64,000 bases of DNA. It comes from an uncultured Candidatus Saccharibacteria bacterium (GTDB lineage Bacteria > Patescibacteriota > Minisyncoccia > Phycocordibacterales > UBA1006). The notes beneath the pieces were generated by a model, which worked only from the letters and a program-made list of their open reading frames with translations, searched no databases and was not told the origin of the DNA. Location of the stretch: NCBI GenBank assembly GCA_964592365.1, contig CAZQDL010000001.1:146989-210988 (forward strand), in the 5' to 3' direction. Made by a program: the position numbers and the translations under genes. Shown in pieces: positions 27,894 through 37,553 of this stretch; position 1 is the stretch's first letter, and every line of letters begins with the position of its first letter.

Positions 27894-28403
27894 GCTGAAT
27901 GTAAATTCATCTTTTAATTTGTTTACTGTCTCTTTGAATTCTTTTAATGATTCAAGAGCTTTGGAAGAATTATTTCCAAAGTCAAACAAGGTGATTTTTC
28001 TAAACAAATCTTTTAGTGCATGTAACACTAGGAGTTGTTCAGGACATCTGAAGCTACAGATTTTGTAGTTTTCTTTTTTGAGAAATTCAGTTTCATAGAA
28101 TACCCCTACTTCAAACATATTTTTCTTGAGATTATTTTTAATTAAATCAATTTCCGAATCTAATTCAAAAATATCATTTCTGATCTTCAAGAGTAATTTG
28201 TTGTTTTCATGAAAGGTACCTTCAATTTTTTTTGATTCCCTTGATCTTCTGTTATACAGTTGATCAATTGAATTAATTTTTCTCAGATACTGATCAAGTA
28301 AGTCGACATCGATTAGCTCGATTAACTTAATTGAATTTTCTTTAATTGTTTCGAACACGTGAGGTGTAAGTTTTTTTGTTGCTTTGGCTGCAGATTTTCT
28401 CAT
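27879..28403 (-). CDS. hypothetical coiled-coil protein (174 aa)
   Basis: Charged, K/E-rich ORF with its own terminator. Confidence 0.5.
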   Translation of the reverse strand: MRKSAAKATKKLTPHVFETIKENSIKLIELIDVDLLDQYLRKINSIDQLYNRRSRESKKIEGTFHENNKLLLKIRNDIFELDSEIDLIKNNLKKNMFEVGVFYETEFLKKENYKICSFRCPEQLLVLHALKDLFRKITLFDFGNNSSKALESLKEFKETVNKLKDEFTFSKAAI

Positions 28404-28479
28404 AAGTTATTTAGTTTTGGAAATTTCACTATACTATACATTTTATCATTATGTAAAGTTCCTAAAGTACTCTTGGTGG

Positions 28480-29898
28480 ATGAAATACTATATTACAAGT
28501 TACCTATTAGGTATTGTTACCCATTCTTTGTGGTTTGATATTGACTACACAAAGGTGATAGCCGTTGTATTTTTTCTTGTATTGGTATGTTCATTATTTT
28601 CTTTCAAAAGTATCTTAAGATGTGTTCTTTGTGCTTTGTTTTTTCTCTTTGGAATATATTTATTCCATTTAAAACTTCCAGATACTTTGAGTTTAGCTGA
28701 TGTTGTAGATACGAAGGTACAGATTCAAGGAAAAGTTGTTTCTGAGTATATAGATCAAGTAAATTTCAAGCAGTTTGTTGTTGATATTGGAGATAGCGAA
28801 AGGATACTTGTGAGGACAAACAGTTTAGCTTACGTTGAATATGGTGACACTCTTTTGTTATCAGGAAAGTTAATGCTTCCAGAATCTTTTGAAACAGATT
28901 CAGACAGGATATTTAATTACCCAATGTATCTTCAGAAGGATAACATTTTTTATCTTCTTTCTTATACAAGTATTCTTGATATTCAAACCAAAGAACTTTC
29001 ATTGAAAGATAGGTTTATACGAAGGTTGTATGAGAATAAGGAATTGTTGATTGAAAGGGCAAATATGAGATTACCTCAACCCCATGCGGGCCTATTAGCT
29101 GGTATTTTGTATGGCAAAAAGGGAAGTATGAATGCTGAGATTGATGAGCAGTTTAGAGCTGTTGGTCTAACGCATATTGTTGTTTTGTCAGGATATAATG
29201 TTAGCTTGGTAATACAACTATTTTTGATTGTATTAGGTTTTTTACCAATACGATTAAGATCAACATTAGCTTTTTTAGGTATTATTACCTTTGCTTTACT
29301 TGTAGGGGCAGGACCAACCGTGGTAAGAGCATCTATCATGGCAAGTCTCTTAGTGCTTTCAGGATTAGTGCATCGTGAATATGATGTCATAAGAGCTCTT
29401 ATCTTTGCTGGAGTTATTATGGTGTCACTAAATCCATATATTCTACTATTCGATATTTCTTTTCAATTATCTTTCTTGGCAACTTTTAGTCTCATCTATG
29501 TATCTCCGTTAATTGAAAGATATTTTCAAATTGTTCCAAATATTCTTGAGTTTCGTTCATCTTTAGTTGCTACTATTTCAGCACAAATCTTTGTCCTTCC
29601 TTTAATTTTTTATCAAATAGGAGAATTCTCGGTAATCTCAATTGTAGTTAATACCATTGTTTTATTTGCGGTTCCTTTTGCGATGCTTTTCGGAGCAATA
29701 TCTTCAATCCTTTCTCCTGGTTTCATTTTGGAAATATGTATATTTATCACATTTGTATTTCTTGAATATATTGTGAAATTAGTTTCATATTTTTCTCGAT
29801 ATCCACTGGTACATATTCCACCATTTCATATTTCAGTATTGATCCTAATATATCTTATCCTGTTTTTTGTTTTGTATGTGAAATCAGATAAGGTATGA
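28480..29898 (+). CDS. comEC: ComEC/Rec2 competence protein, membrane (DUF4131 + Competence) portion (ORF track start 28384 from TTG)
   Basis: LSGYNVSLV...LLVGAGPTVVRASIMASLLVL competence-domain motif and many TM helices. The ATG at 28480 has a GGTGGA Shine-Dalgarno. Confidence 0.7.
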   Translation: MKYYITSYLLGIVTHSLWFDIDYTKVIAVVFFLVLVCSLFSFKSILRCVLCALFFLFGIYLFHLKLPDTLSLADVVDTKVQIQGKVVSEYIDQVNFKQFVVDIGDSERILVRTNSLAYVEYGDTLLLSGKLMLPESFETDSDRIFNYPMYLQKDNIFYLLSYTSILDIQTKELSLKDRFIRRLYENKELLIERANMRLPQPHAGLLAGILYGKKGSMNAEIDEQFRAVGLTHIVVLSGYNVSLVIQLFLIVLGFLPIRLRSTLAFLGIITFALLVGAGPTVVRASIMASLLVLSGLVHREYDVIRALIFAGVIMVSLNPYILLFDISFQLSFLATFSLIYVSPLIERYFQIVPNILEFRSSLVATISAQIFVLPLIFYQIGEFSVISIVVNTIVLFAVPFAMLFGAISSILSPGFILEICIFITFVFLEYIVKLVSYFSRYPLVHIPPFHISVLILIYLILFFVLYVKSDKV

Positions 29899-29905
29899 TG
29901 TTTTC

Positions 29906-30481
29906 ATGAATTCAAAGAAGATATTGGTATTTGCTGGTCCTTCGGGGGTTGGAAAATCAACCCTCTGTTCTATGGTCCAAGAAACATATCCAGAAAATTT
30001 TTCTTTTGCTGTATCTGCGACCACTCGACCAAAAAGGGGTTTGGAAGTAGATGGAATAGATTATTATTTCCTTTCAGAAGATGAATTTAAAAAAAACATC
30101 AAAGAAGATGCTTTCATTGAATGGGAAGAAGTATATGCTGGAAGATATTATGGAACACTGAAATCAGAAATTACGAGAATCAGTGAACTTGGAAAAGTTA
30201 CCTTACTTGATATTGATGTGTTAGGTGCATTGAATATCAAGAGGAAATATGGAGATGAGGCTCACATTGTTTTCGTAAAACCAGAATCATTATCGGTTCT
30301 TAGACAACGTCTTGAAGATAGAGGAAGTGATAGTGAAGATGATATTGCTGTACGTGTAGAGCGTTTTGAAAAAGAACTTTCTTTTGAAAATGAGTTTGAT
30401 TCGGTAATTATTAATTACACAGGGAAATTGAAAGAGGCACAACTGAATGTTATCAATATTGTAGAAGAATATATTGTATAA
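29906..30481 (+). CDS. gmk: guanylate kinase
   Basis: GPSGVGKSTL P-loop, SATTRPKRGLEVDGIDYYFLSEDEF, EWEEVYAGRYYGT. Confidence 0.9.
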   Translation: MNSKKILVFAGPSGVGKSTLCSMVQETYPENFSFAVSATTRPKRGLEVDGIDYYFLSEDEFKKNIKEDAFIEWEEVYAGRYYGTLKSEITRISELGKVTLLDIDVLGALNIKRKYGDEAHIVFVKPESLSVLRQRLEDRGSDSEDDIAVRVERFEKELSFENEFDSVIINYTGKLKEAQLNVINIVEEYIV

Positions 30482-30486
30482 CATAG

Positions 30487-31365
30487 GTGGTGTTTTTATT
30501 TTTCACTCATATTGATATAGATACTCAAAGGGTGAAATACACTAATGAAAAATTTGTATATATTAGCCTCTTTACCTTCATTGCATCAGTTGTCCTTTTA
30601 TCTCATTCCTTTAATAAGCCAGAATTGATTATTGCTTTTCTTGATGTTGGGCAAGGAGATGCCATTTATATCCGTACTCCAAGAGGAAGAACGATGCTTA
30701 TCGATGGAGGGAAGAATAGAGAAGTGTTATATGAAATATCAAAAGTACATCCGTTCTATGACCGAAGTATAGACATTGTCGCATTAAGTCATCCTGATCT
30801 TGATCATATTGGAGGCTTAATACCAGTCATCGAACAATATGATGTTTTGTATGCTATGGATACTTTTTCAGATAAGGAGTCAGAAGAATATTCCTTATTC
30901 AAGGAAATATTGTCTGAACATATTTTCCATCCAGAATCTGGGTATATTATTGTTCTTGAAGACGGAATACATATTGAAGTACTTTGGCCACATTCGGGAA
31001 TTACTAATTTGAGTGATAATGAAGGATCGCTGGTTCTTCGACTTGAGTATCATGATACTAGTGTACTTCTCACTGGAGATATTGGATTTGAAACAGAAAC
31101 ACATCTTCTTGATATGTACGGAAGATCGTTAATGTCAGACATATTAAAAGTTGGACATCATGGATCAGGTTTTTCAACTTCAAAAGATTGGATTCAAAAA
31201 GTAGATCCAGATATATCAGTTCTTTCTTATGGCTGTGAAAATAGATACGGACATCCACATGAAAGAGTACATAATCTAATTCATGAATATGGAGAGGTAT
31301 ATGATACCTGTAAACAGGGAACAGTTATTCTATCCTCTGATGGAAAAAAATGGAAAAGAAAATAA
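30487..31365 (+). CDS. ComEC C-terminal metallo-beta-lactamase domain as a separate, TM-anchored ORF (GTG start in track)
   Basis: VGQGDAIYIRTPRGRTMLIDGG, HPDLDHIGG, KVGHHGS metallo-beta-lactamase motifs. N-terminal TM. Confidence 0.7.
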   Translation: MVFLFFTHIDIDTQRVKYTNEKFVYISLFTFIASVVLLSHSFNKPELIIAFLDVGQGDAIYIRTPRGRTMLIDGGKNREVLYEISKVHPFYDRSIDIVALSHPDLDHIGGLIPVIEQYDVLYAMDTFSDKESEEYSLFKEILSEHIFHPESGYIIVLEDGIHIEVLWPHSGITNLSDNEGSLVLRLEYHDTSVLLTGDIGFETETHLLDMYGRSLMSDILKVGHHGSGFSTSKDWIQKVDPDISVLSYGCENRYGHPHERVHNLIHEYGEVYDTCKQGTVILSSDGKKWKRK

Positions 31366-31384
31366 CCACAAAGTGGTTATTTAA
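31358..31384. terminator. bidirectional terminator between the ComEC beta-lactamase ORF and convergent rpmB
   Basis: A-run, AACCAC-AAA-GTGGTT, T-rich. Confidence 0.5.
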
Positions 31385-31622
31385 TAAGCCCTGCGTTTTT
31401 AAGTGTTTTGTAAGCACCGTTTTTCTTAATGTTCTTGATTGCTTCAGTTGAGATTTTCATAACAAAAGTTTGATCAATTTCAGGAACATAGATTCGTTTC
31501 TTTTGAAGGTTTGGGAATTTTCGTACTTTTCCTGTTGGATTAAACTCAGTAGCTCGGATTCTGTTACTGTATCCTCCCGTTACCTGAGAACCTTTTTTAG
31601 TTATTGGACATATTCGTGACAT
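31377..31622 (-). CDS. rpmB: 50S ribosomal protein L28
   Basis: MSRICPITKKGSQVTGG...NPTGKVRKFPNLQKKRIYVPE matches the L28 pattern. Confidence 0.8.
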   Translation of the reverse strand: MSRICPITKKGSQVTGGYSNRIRATEFNPTGKVRKFPNLQKKRIYVPEIDQTFVMKISTEAIKNIKKNGAYKTLKNAGLIK

Positions 31623-31746
31623 AATATTTTTTCATTTAAATAGGTCTCAAGTGACCTTCTTATAATGCACCGGATGATAACATAGATTATTATGTGTGCA
31701 AGAGCTATGTATTTGAATTTACTTGGTGTTTCATTATACTAGGTAC

Positions 31747-32343
31747 ATGACACTATCAACTCTTATATATATTATCATCCTCCTTATTTCTGTAGTACTT
31801 CATGAGTTAGCCCATGGATATACAGCAGATGCATTAGGGGATCCAACTCCACGTATGGAAGGAAGATTGAGTTTTAATCCTTTGGTTCATTTGGACTGGT
31901 TTGGTTCTGTATTATTACCAGCTTTAATGATTATTACCGGCTTACCTTTTGTATTTGGTTGGGCAAAGCCAGTACCCTTTAATCCATACCGCTTGAGGAA
32001 TCAACGTTGGGGTTCAGCAATGGTCGCAGCTTCAGGACCCTTGGTAAATATTACCCTTGCTGTATTAATGTCTCTTCTTTTATCTATTGTTGATTCTGGA
32101 ACGTTAATCTCTCAAATCCTTCAGTTAGGTATTCTCACCAATGTGGTGCTTGCTGTATTTAACCTTGTTCCTATTCCACCATTAGATGGACATCATATTC
32201 TTTTTGCACTACTACCAGAATCTTTAAATGGGTTTAAACAACAGCTACGTTCAATTAGTTGGCCACTCGTCTTTGTCTTTATTCTCTTTGGATTTCAACT
32301 TATCGAACCCGTAATTAACTATTTCTATCGACTTCTTGTTTAG
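31747..32343 (+). CDS. site-2 protease family zinc metalloprotease (peptidase M50) (ORF track start 31723)
   Basis: HELAHG (HExxH) in a TM helix and NLVPIPPLDG motif. A TATACT -10 lies inside the track's 5' extension, so the start is moved to 31747. Confidence 0.7.
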   Translation: MTLSTLIYIIILLISVVLHELAHGYTADALGDPTPRMEGRLSFNPLVHLDWFGSVLLPALMIITGLPFVFGWAKPVPFNPYRLRNQRWGSAMVAASGPLVNITLAVLMSLLLSIVDSGTLISQILQLGILTNVVLAVFNLVPIPPLDGHHILFALLPESLNGFKQQLRSISWPLVFVFILFGFQLIEPVINYFYRLLV

Positions 32344-32435
32344 GGGTATTGCATTTTTTAGTGCTTTTAGTATAGTCGACCCTATCAAAACCTCCCTGCA
32401 AGAGGTTGTTATATTGCAGACACTTTAACTATCAT

Positions 32436-32849
32436 ATGGCAAAAATTAACCAACTCGTTCGAAAAGGACGCATACAACAAAAAAAGAAACCAAAGGCGGT
32501 TGCACTACGAAGAGGTTTTAACTCTTTGAAGAATCAACCAACGAGATATCCTTCACCATTTAAACGTGGAGTTTGTACAAAGGTTACTACCATGACACCA
32601 AAAAAGCCGAACTCAGCGCTTCGAAAGATTGCCCGAGTACGACTTACTAATGGTATGGAAGTTACTGCATACATCCCAGGAATGGGACACAAACTTCAGG
32701 AACACAGTGTGGTGCTTCTACGAGGAGGTAGAGTAAAGGACTTGATTGGAGTTCGATACACTATCGTTCGAGGAGTACTTGATGCAACCGGAGTAGATGG
32801 ACGAAAGAATTCTCGTTCACGATATGGAGCTAAGAAACCTAAAAAATAA
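32436..32849 (+). CDS. rpsL: 30S ribosomal protein S12 (ORF track start 32406)
   Basis: [12 protein letters not shown]...[10 protein letters not shown]...[14 protein letters not shown]. Confidence 0.95.
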   Translation: MAKINQLVRKGRIQQKKKPKAVALRRGFNSLKNQPTRYPSPFKRGVCTKVTTMTPKKPNSALRKIARVRLTNGMEVTAYIPGMGHKLQEHSVVLLRGGRVKDLIGVRYTIVRGVLDATGVDGRKNSRSRYGAKKPKK

Positions 32850-32854
32850 TTATT

Positions 32855-33325
32855 ATGCGAAGACCAGTAAAAAACAGAAAAGCACCACAAGCTGAATCAG
32901 TATATGGATCAATTAAGCTTTCTCGATTCATCAATTACGTTATGTTAGATGGAAAGAAAGAAACTGCACGAAAAATCGTGTATGGAGCACTTGATGTCAT
33001 TAAAGCAAAAGAATCTGATCGAGAACCGCTTGAAGTATTTGAAGCCGCATTGAAAAATGCAGGTCCAGTTACCGAAGTACGATCACGAAGAGTAGGAGGA
33101 GCAAACTATCAAGTACCTGTTGAAGTTCGTCCAGAACGACAACAAGCTTTAGCTATGCGATGGATTATCACAGGAGCTCGAAGCAAAAAAGGAGGAGATA
33201 TGAAAGATTTCCTTGCTCAAGAACTTATCTTAGCTGCAAACAATGAAGGAGAAGCAGTAAAGAAGAAAGAAAACGTTCACAAGATGGCAGAAGCAAACAA
33301 AGCCTTTGCTCACTTTGCTTGGTAA
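32855..33325 (+). CDS. rpsG: 30S ribosomal protein S7
   Basis: FINYVMLDGKKETARKIVYGAL...SRRVGGANYQVPVEVRPERQQALAMRWII...KMAEANKAFAHFAW. Confidence 0.95.
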   Translation: MRRPVKNRKAPQAESVYGSIKLSRFINYVMLDGKKETARKIVYGALDVIKAKESDREPLEVFEAALKNAGPVTEVRSRRVGGANYQVPVEVRPERQQALAMRWIITGARSKKGGDMKDFLAQELILAANNEGEAVKKKENVHKMAEANKAFAHFAW

Positions 33326-33356
33326 GAACTCACCTTGGGTGGGTTCTTATTTTTTG
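33324..33356 (+). terminator. rho-independent terminator directly after rpsG (where fusA would normally follow)
   Basis: 11-bp stem AAGAACTCACC-TTG-GGTGGGTTCTT plus T-run. Confidence 0.7.
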
Positions 33357-33387
33357 GTATACTTTAAAGTATATTAGTTAATACAAT

Positions 33388-33663
33388 ATGAACATGACAG
33401 AATCACAAGAATTTTTAACCTATATTATTAAAAACATTGTTAATCATCCTGATGACGTAAGGGTTGACCACAGTATTGATGATATTGGAACTCTCCTAAC
33501 ATTAACCGTGCATCCTGATGATATGGGGCAAGTAATTGGACGTCAGGGAAACACAGCAAGCTCAATTCGATCACTTGTTCGTGTTGTTGGTATGAAGTTA
33601 GGTCAACGAGTGAATGTAAAAATAGTTGAACCACAAAAAGAAGAAGAGCAAGCAGGGGAATAG
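33388..33663 (+). CDS. KH-domain RNA-binding protein (YlqC/UPF0109 family)
   Basis: HPDDMGQVIGRQGNTASSIRSLVRV KH/GXXG-type motif; 91 aa. Confidence 0.75.
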   Translation: MNMTESQEFLTYIIKNIVNHPDDVRVDHSIDDIGTLLTLTVHPDDMGQVIGRQGNTASSIRSLVRVVGMKLGQRVNVKIVEPQKEEEQAGE

Positions 33664-33691
33664 CAATCACTTTTGTGCATTGCTTTTTTTC
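33662..33691 (+). terminator. rho-independent terminator after the KH-protein gene
   Basis: AGCAATCAC-TTTT-GTGcATTGCT plus T7. Confidence 0.55.
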
Positions 33692-33700
33692 TGATATACT
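33692..33700 (+). promoter_or_regulatory. extended -10 promoter (TGaTATACT) 10 nt upstream of the adk ATG
   Basis: cTGATATACTTCCaatcgcATG, the same TGATATACTTCC as upstream of pilin 1. Confidence 0.4.
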
Positions 33701-33709
33701 TCCAATCGC

Positions 33710-34303
33710 ATGGGTGAGCAAACTATAATTTTTATTGGACGTTCTGGTTCTGGAAAGGGAACCCAAATAGAACTACTCAAAGAGTATTTTGCAAAACATA
33801 CTCCTGAATCTTCAGTTTTTCATTTTGAATCTGGGGATCATTTTAGAAATTTCATTAAATCAGATGGTTATACCAGTGAACTAATGAGAAATATCATTGG
33901 TGAAGGAAAACTTGCACCAGACTTTATCACTGGCTGGTTACTTGTAGATGCCTTAGTGAAGAATTTTAAACGTGGACAAACATTAATTCTTGATGGATTT
34001 CCTCGTACACAAACACAGGCACTGACACTTGATTCAGCTATGGAATACTATGATAGAAAAAATATTAAAGTAATTCATATTGATGTTTCAGAGGATGAAG
34101 TACGACGACGTATGGTTTCTCGAGGACGTGCCGATGATGCTGTTGCTGAAGTGGTTGAACGACGAATAACTTGGTACAACGAAAATGTAATTCCTACTAT
34201 TAACTATCTACGCATGAAACCTGCTTATGAGGTTATTGATATTAATGGAGAACAAGATATTAAAGAAATTCAGGAAGAAATTATTCAACGTCTAGGATTA
34301 TAA
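33710..34303 (+). CDS. adk: adenylate kinase (short form)
   Basis: GRSGSGKGTQ P-loop, LILDGFPRT, arginine-rich lid RRMVSRGRADD. Confidence 0.8.
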   Translation: MGEQTIIFIGRSGSGKGTQIELLKEYFAKHTPESSVFHFESGDHFRNFIKSDGYTSELMRNIIGEGKLAPDFITGWLLVDALVKNFKRGQTLILDGFPRTQTQALTLDSAMEYYDRKNIKVIHIDVSEDEVRRRMVSRGRADDAVAEVVERRITWYNENVIPTINYLRMKPAYEVIDINGEQDIKEIQEEIIQRLGL

Positions 34304-34314
34304 TTATCAATACT

Positions 34315-35004
34315 ATGAGAGCATACAAAGAAACAATTGTTATATCAGTAGGTGGTTCACTTTTGGTTCCAGACCGGGTGGATGTTGATTTTATCAGTCG
34401 CTTAAAGGATATGGTTCGTTTCTTTATCAATGATGGATACCAAATTGCTCTTATCATTGGAGGAGGAAAAACTTCACGTAGATATGGTGAAGTTGCCTCT
34501 TCTTTTTCACATATTTCAAATGAAGATTTAGATTGGATTGGGATAAAAAGTATACATTTGAATGCAGAATTGATTAAACGATGTTATGGAGATCTTGATA
34601 TTCATCCAGAGGTTATTTTGAAAAGAGAAGATATTTCAAAAGTTACTGAATCTTTAGTAATTGTAGGGGCTTGGAAACCAGGTCACTCAAGTGATTACAA
34701 CGCAGTTACAATGGCAGAGTCATTCGGAGGAAAAAAGGTTATTAATTTCTCAAATATATCTTATGTCTATGATATGGATCCAGTAAAGTATCCAGATGCA
34801 AAAATTATTGAAACATTAACTTGGGACAAATACTTAACTCTTATCCCAACTAAGTGGGAAGCAAATCTTTCAGCACCTTTTGATCCAGTTGCTTCTCGTA
34901 AAGCACAAGAGCTTGGAATGACCGTTGCTATACTAGGTTCATCATTAGAAAATTTAAAAAACTATCTAGACGGGAATCCTTTTGAAGGAAGTATTATCTC
35001 ATAG
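34315..35004 (+). CDS. pyrH: amino-acid-kinase-fold UMP kinase, archaeal type (putative)
   Basis: [10 protein letters not shown]...[14 protein letters not shown]...[12 protein letters not shown]...YVYDMDP pattern of archaeal-type uridylate kinase. Confidence 0.55.
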   Translation: MRAYKETIVISVGGSLLVPDRVDVDFISRLKDMVRFFINDGYQIALIIGGGKTSRRYGEVASSFSHISNEDLDWIGIKSIHLNAELIKRCYGDLDIHPEVILKREDISKVTESLVIVGAWKPGHSSDYNAVTMAESFGGKKVINFSNISYVYDMDPVKYPDAKIIETLTWDKYLTLIPTKWEANLSAPFDPVASRKAQELGMTVAILGSSLENLKNYLDGNPFEGSIIS

Positions 35005-35013
35005 ATTGTCTTG

Positions 35014-35022
35014 TGATATACT
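35014..35022 (+). promoter_or_regulatory. extended -10 promoter (TGaTATACT) 8 nt upstream of the pilin 1 ATG
   Basis: tgTGATATACTTCCttgtATG. Confidence 0.4.
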
Positions 35023-35029
35023 TCCTTGT

Positions 35030-35494
35030 ATGAAACCAAAAGGATTCACCTTAATTGAATTATTGGTGGTAGTAGCTATTATTGGAATATTGGCAACCAT
35101 AGTACTTGCATCCTTAGGAAGTGCACGGGAAAAGGCACAGGTAGCTCGAGCAAGAGCTGAAATGAGAGAAATATATACCCTCATGGATACTGCTCGCATT
35201 TTTGAAGGTACAACATTAATGGGAGTAACAGGTTCAGGGTGTACTCATTGTAGTAATGCCTGGAATACCTCAATTGATAGGATAGTAACTAAAGCTGATC
35301 CTACCGCTACAGATGGTTCACGATTCTATACTGATGTTTGGGGTAGCCCATATTATCTTGATGAAAACGAAGGTGAAATTACCACAAACCTTTGTAGAGT
35401 AGATGGATTCAGGTCTCGTGGACCTGATAAGGCATTAAGTACCACAGACGATATCTCTTATCCGATACCTTTTTCACTACCACAATGTCTCTAA
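35030..35494 (+). CDS. type IV pilin / pseudopilin-like protein 1 (ORF track start 34982)
   Basis: MKPK|[23 protein letters not shown] class-III prepilin signal; variable Cys-containing C-terminal domain. Confidence 0.8.
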   Translation: MKPKGFTLIELLVVVAIIGILATIVLASLGSAREKAQVARARAEMREIYTLMDTARIFEGTTLMGVTGSGCTHCSNAWNTSIDRIVTKADPTATDGSRFYTDVWGSPYYLDENEGEITTNLCRVDGFRSRGPDKALSTTDDISYPIPFSLPQCL

Positions 35495-36054
35495 CATCAA
35501 AAACAAAAGGATTTACTCTCATTGAACTACTCGTAGTAGTAGCCATCATTGGAATATTGGCAACCGTGGTGTTGGCATCACTTGGAAGTGCATGGGAAAA
35601 GGCGCGAGAGGCAAGAAAGTTAACTGACTTGAATCAAATAAGGAATGCTTTTGAGTTATATTACCTAGATAATGGAAGCTACCCACTTGCAACTACAGGA
35701 GGCTGGTTTGCATATTGTATTGGTAAGAGTTCAAGTGAAACTTGTTGGAATAATGAACTAAATGGAAATGATGCTTTAAATGCTGCTTTAGAAGATTATC
35801 TACCTCTTGATTACTTCGCTTCTTTAAATGGAGCTGATGCTTCAGCCTTCGTGTTACACAGAGGTGGAACGAGTAATAATCTTGGTTGTGCTGGTGCAGT
35901 TAGATTTGGAAATCAAATTGTTTGGATGCCAAAGGATAACGGAACGGTACCAAATAATTCTTGCCCTGGCGAGAGTATTCGTACCGGTTGTGGGTCAGGA
36001 ATATATCAACAGACGGTATATCATAATAATCACTGTGCATTGTTATTAGACTAA
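35485..36054 (+). CDS. type IV pilin / pseudopilin-like protein 2
   Basis: MSLTSKTK|[23 protein letters not shown]; overlaps pilin 1 by 10 nt (translational coupling). Confidence 0.8.
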   Translation: MSLTSKTKGFTLIELLVVVAIIGILATVVLASLGSAWEKAREARKLTDLNQIRNAFELYYLDNGSYPLATTGGWFAYCIGKSSSETCWNNELNGNDALNAALEDYLPLDYFASLNGADASAFVLHRGGTSNNLGCAGAVRFGNQIVWMPKDNGTVPNNSCPGESIRTGCGSGIYQQTVYHNNHCALLLD

Positions 36055-36058
36055 ATAT

Positions 36059-36083
36059 AAAAAACAACCTTGGTTGTTTTTTA
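36059..36083 (+). terminator. rho-independent terminator after pilin 2
   Basis: AAAACAAC-CTTG-GTTGTTTT plus T-run. Confidence 0.6.
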
Positions 36084-36107
36084 TATTTTGCTACTATCTA
36101 AATATCT

Positions 36108-36872
36108 ATGGCCGTTACGATAAAAACAGAAGAACAAATTTCAGCATTACGTGAAGCAGGAAAAATCCATGCACGTATTTTAGATACGTTGGTGAACATG
36201 GTGAAACCTGGAGTTTCTGCAATGGATTTGAATTCTGAAGCAGAACGTTTGGTTCGTGAGGCAGGTGCTGAACCTTCTTTTCTCGGATATCAACCTGATA
36301 GGAGTTATCCTAAATATCCTGCAACACTATGTGTGTCTATTAATGAAGTTATCGTTCATGGAATTCCAACAAGCGATATGATTATCAAAGACGGTGATTT
36401 GGTTTCTGTTGACTTAGGTCTTAAATATAAAGGGGTATTTACTGATAGTGCAAGAACAATTGCTGTGGGGAATGTTTCAAAAGAAGCAAAAGCATTGCTT
36501 CACGATACTATTGAAGCACTTCATCGTGGAATTGAAGCTGCACGACCAGGAAATACTGTAGGGGATATTGGGTATGCAATTCAATCTTTCAATAACAAAA
36601 GATATGGAAATGTAAGAGAGCTTGCAGGTCATGGGGTTGGTTTAGCCGTACATGAAGATCCCTATGTTCCAAATTATGGAAAACCTAAACAGGGAATTGC
36701 ATTAAAACCAGGTATGGTGTTGGCAATTGAACCTATGTTTAATTTAGGTGGTTCTGAAGTTGTCTTTCATGATGATAAGTATACGGTTACTACTCGTGAT
36801 GGTTCTTTGTCTGTTCATGTTGAACATACTATTTTGATCACTCAAGATGGACCTGAAATCCTCACCTTATAG
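36108..36872 (+). CDS. map: methionine aminopeptidase type I
   Basis: Pita-bread fold metal ligands in conserved context (DLVSVDLG..., HGVGLAVHEDP, LAIEPM). Confidence 0.9.
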   Translation: MAVTIKTEEQISALREAGKIHARILDTLVNMVKPGVSAMDLNSEAERLVREAGAEPSFLGYQPDRSYPKYPATLCVSINEVIVHGIPTSDMIIKDGDLVSVDLGLKYKGVFTDSARTIAVGNVSKEAKALLHDTIEALHRGIEAARPGNTVGDIGYAIQSFNNKRYGNVRELAGHGVGLAVHEDPYVPNYGKPKQGIALKPGMVLAIEPMFNLGGSEVVFHDDKYTVTTRDGSLSVHVEHTILITQDGPEILTL

Positions 36873-36876
36873 TTTA

Positions 36877-36885
36877 TGATATACT
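36877..36885 (+). promoter_or_regulatory. extended -10 promoter (TGaTATACT) 9 nt upstream of the pilin 3 ATG
   Basis: taTGATATACTTatctcatATG; begins 5 nt after the map stop codon. Confidence 0.4.
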
Positions 36886-36893
36886 TATCTCAT

Positions 36894-37499
36894 ATGAAAA
36901 CCAAAGGATTCACTTTAATTGAATTACTGGTAGTAGTAGCTATTATCGGAATATTGGCAACGGTGGTGTTAGCCTCACTTGGTTCAGCTCGAAGTAGAGC
37001 TCGTGATGCAAAAAGGATTGCAGATATGACTAATATACGAACCGCTCTTGAACTTTATTTTCTTGATAATAATAGTTATCCAAGTACTGGTTCATTAAAT
37101 ACAGTATATATGGATACCACTTGTCTAGGTCCAGCAGCAACTTCACCAGACATAAAAAATTCAAATTGGATACCCAACTTAGTTTCAGGTGGGTATATGG
37201 GATCATTGCCACAGAATTTGGGCGAAGCAGGGTACGATTATGCAAGAAGTTTAGCATCTCGTAATACTTGTTATATGTATGCAAGTGATGGAAATTTTTA
37301 TATCTTGTCAGCTTGGGGAGTTGTTGAAAATGGTCCCATAAGCACCACTCATTCGCTATATTCTAGAGTAGGTTTCAGAGAGGGAAATTATGGAGATCAT
37401 CTTTATTACTGTAATCACCCTAATATTGGAAACACCATTAGTGGTGATTATTATCGATATTCATATACCCTGACGAACATAACAACCTGTACGTGGTAG
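36894..37499 (+). CDS. type IV pilin / pseudopilin-like protein 3 (ORF track start 36876)
   Basis: MKTK|[23 protein letters not shown]. The promoter lies inside the track's 5' extension. Confidence 0.8.
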   Translation: MKTKGFTLIELLVVVAIIGILATVVLASLGSARSRARDAKRIADMTNIRTALELYFLDNNSYPSTGSLNTVYMDTTCLGPAATSPDIKNSNWIPNLVSGGYMGSLPQNLGEAGYDYARSLASRNTCYMYASDGNFYILSAWGVVENGPISTTHSLYSRVGFREGNYGDHLYYCNHPNIGNTISGDYYRYSYTLTNITTCTW

Positions 37500-37506
37500 T
37501 GTGTAA

Positions 37507-37540
37507 AATAAAACAAAGCTTAAGCTTTGTTTTATTTTTG
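37507..37540 (+). terminator. rho-independent terminator after pilin 3
   Basis: Perfect 13-bp palindrome TAAAACAAAGCTT|AAGCTTTGTTTTA followed by TTTTT. Confidence 0.7.
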
Positions 37541-37547
37541 TTATACT
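37539..37547 (+). promoter_or_regulatory. extended -10 promoter (TGtTATACT) 7 nt upstream of the pilin 4 ATG (leaderless)
   Basis: tTGTTATACTaacaatATG. Confidence 0.4.
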
Positions 37548-37553
37548 AACAAT

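Noticed and set aside
27836-27910. Longer recJ start (MNLHSAKPLF...)
   Set aside because: This 25-codon extension is exactly the intrinsic terminator hairpin of the upstream minus-strand gene (its stop is inside the hairpin). The start was therefore placed at MNIHPP (27835).
34982-35029. Upstream in-frame starts for pilin genes (34982, 36876, 37527) and M50 (31723)
   Set aside because: Each extension contains the TGnTATACT -10 element and would bury the prepilin leader far from the N-terminus. Class-III signals require a short leader before G|FTLIE.
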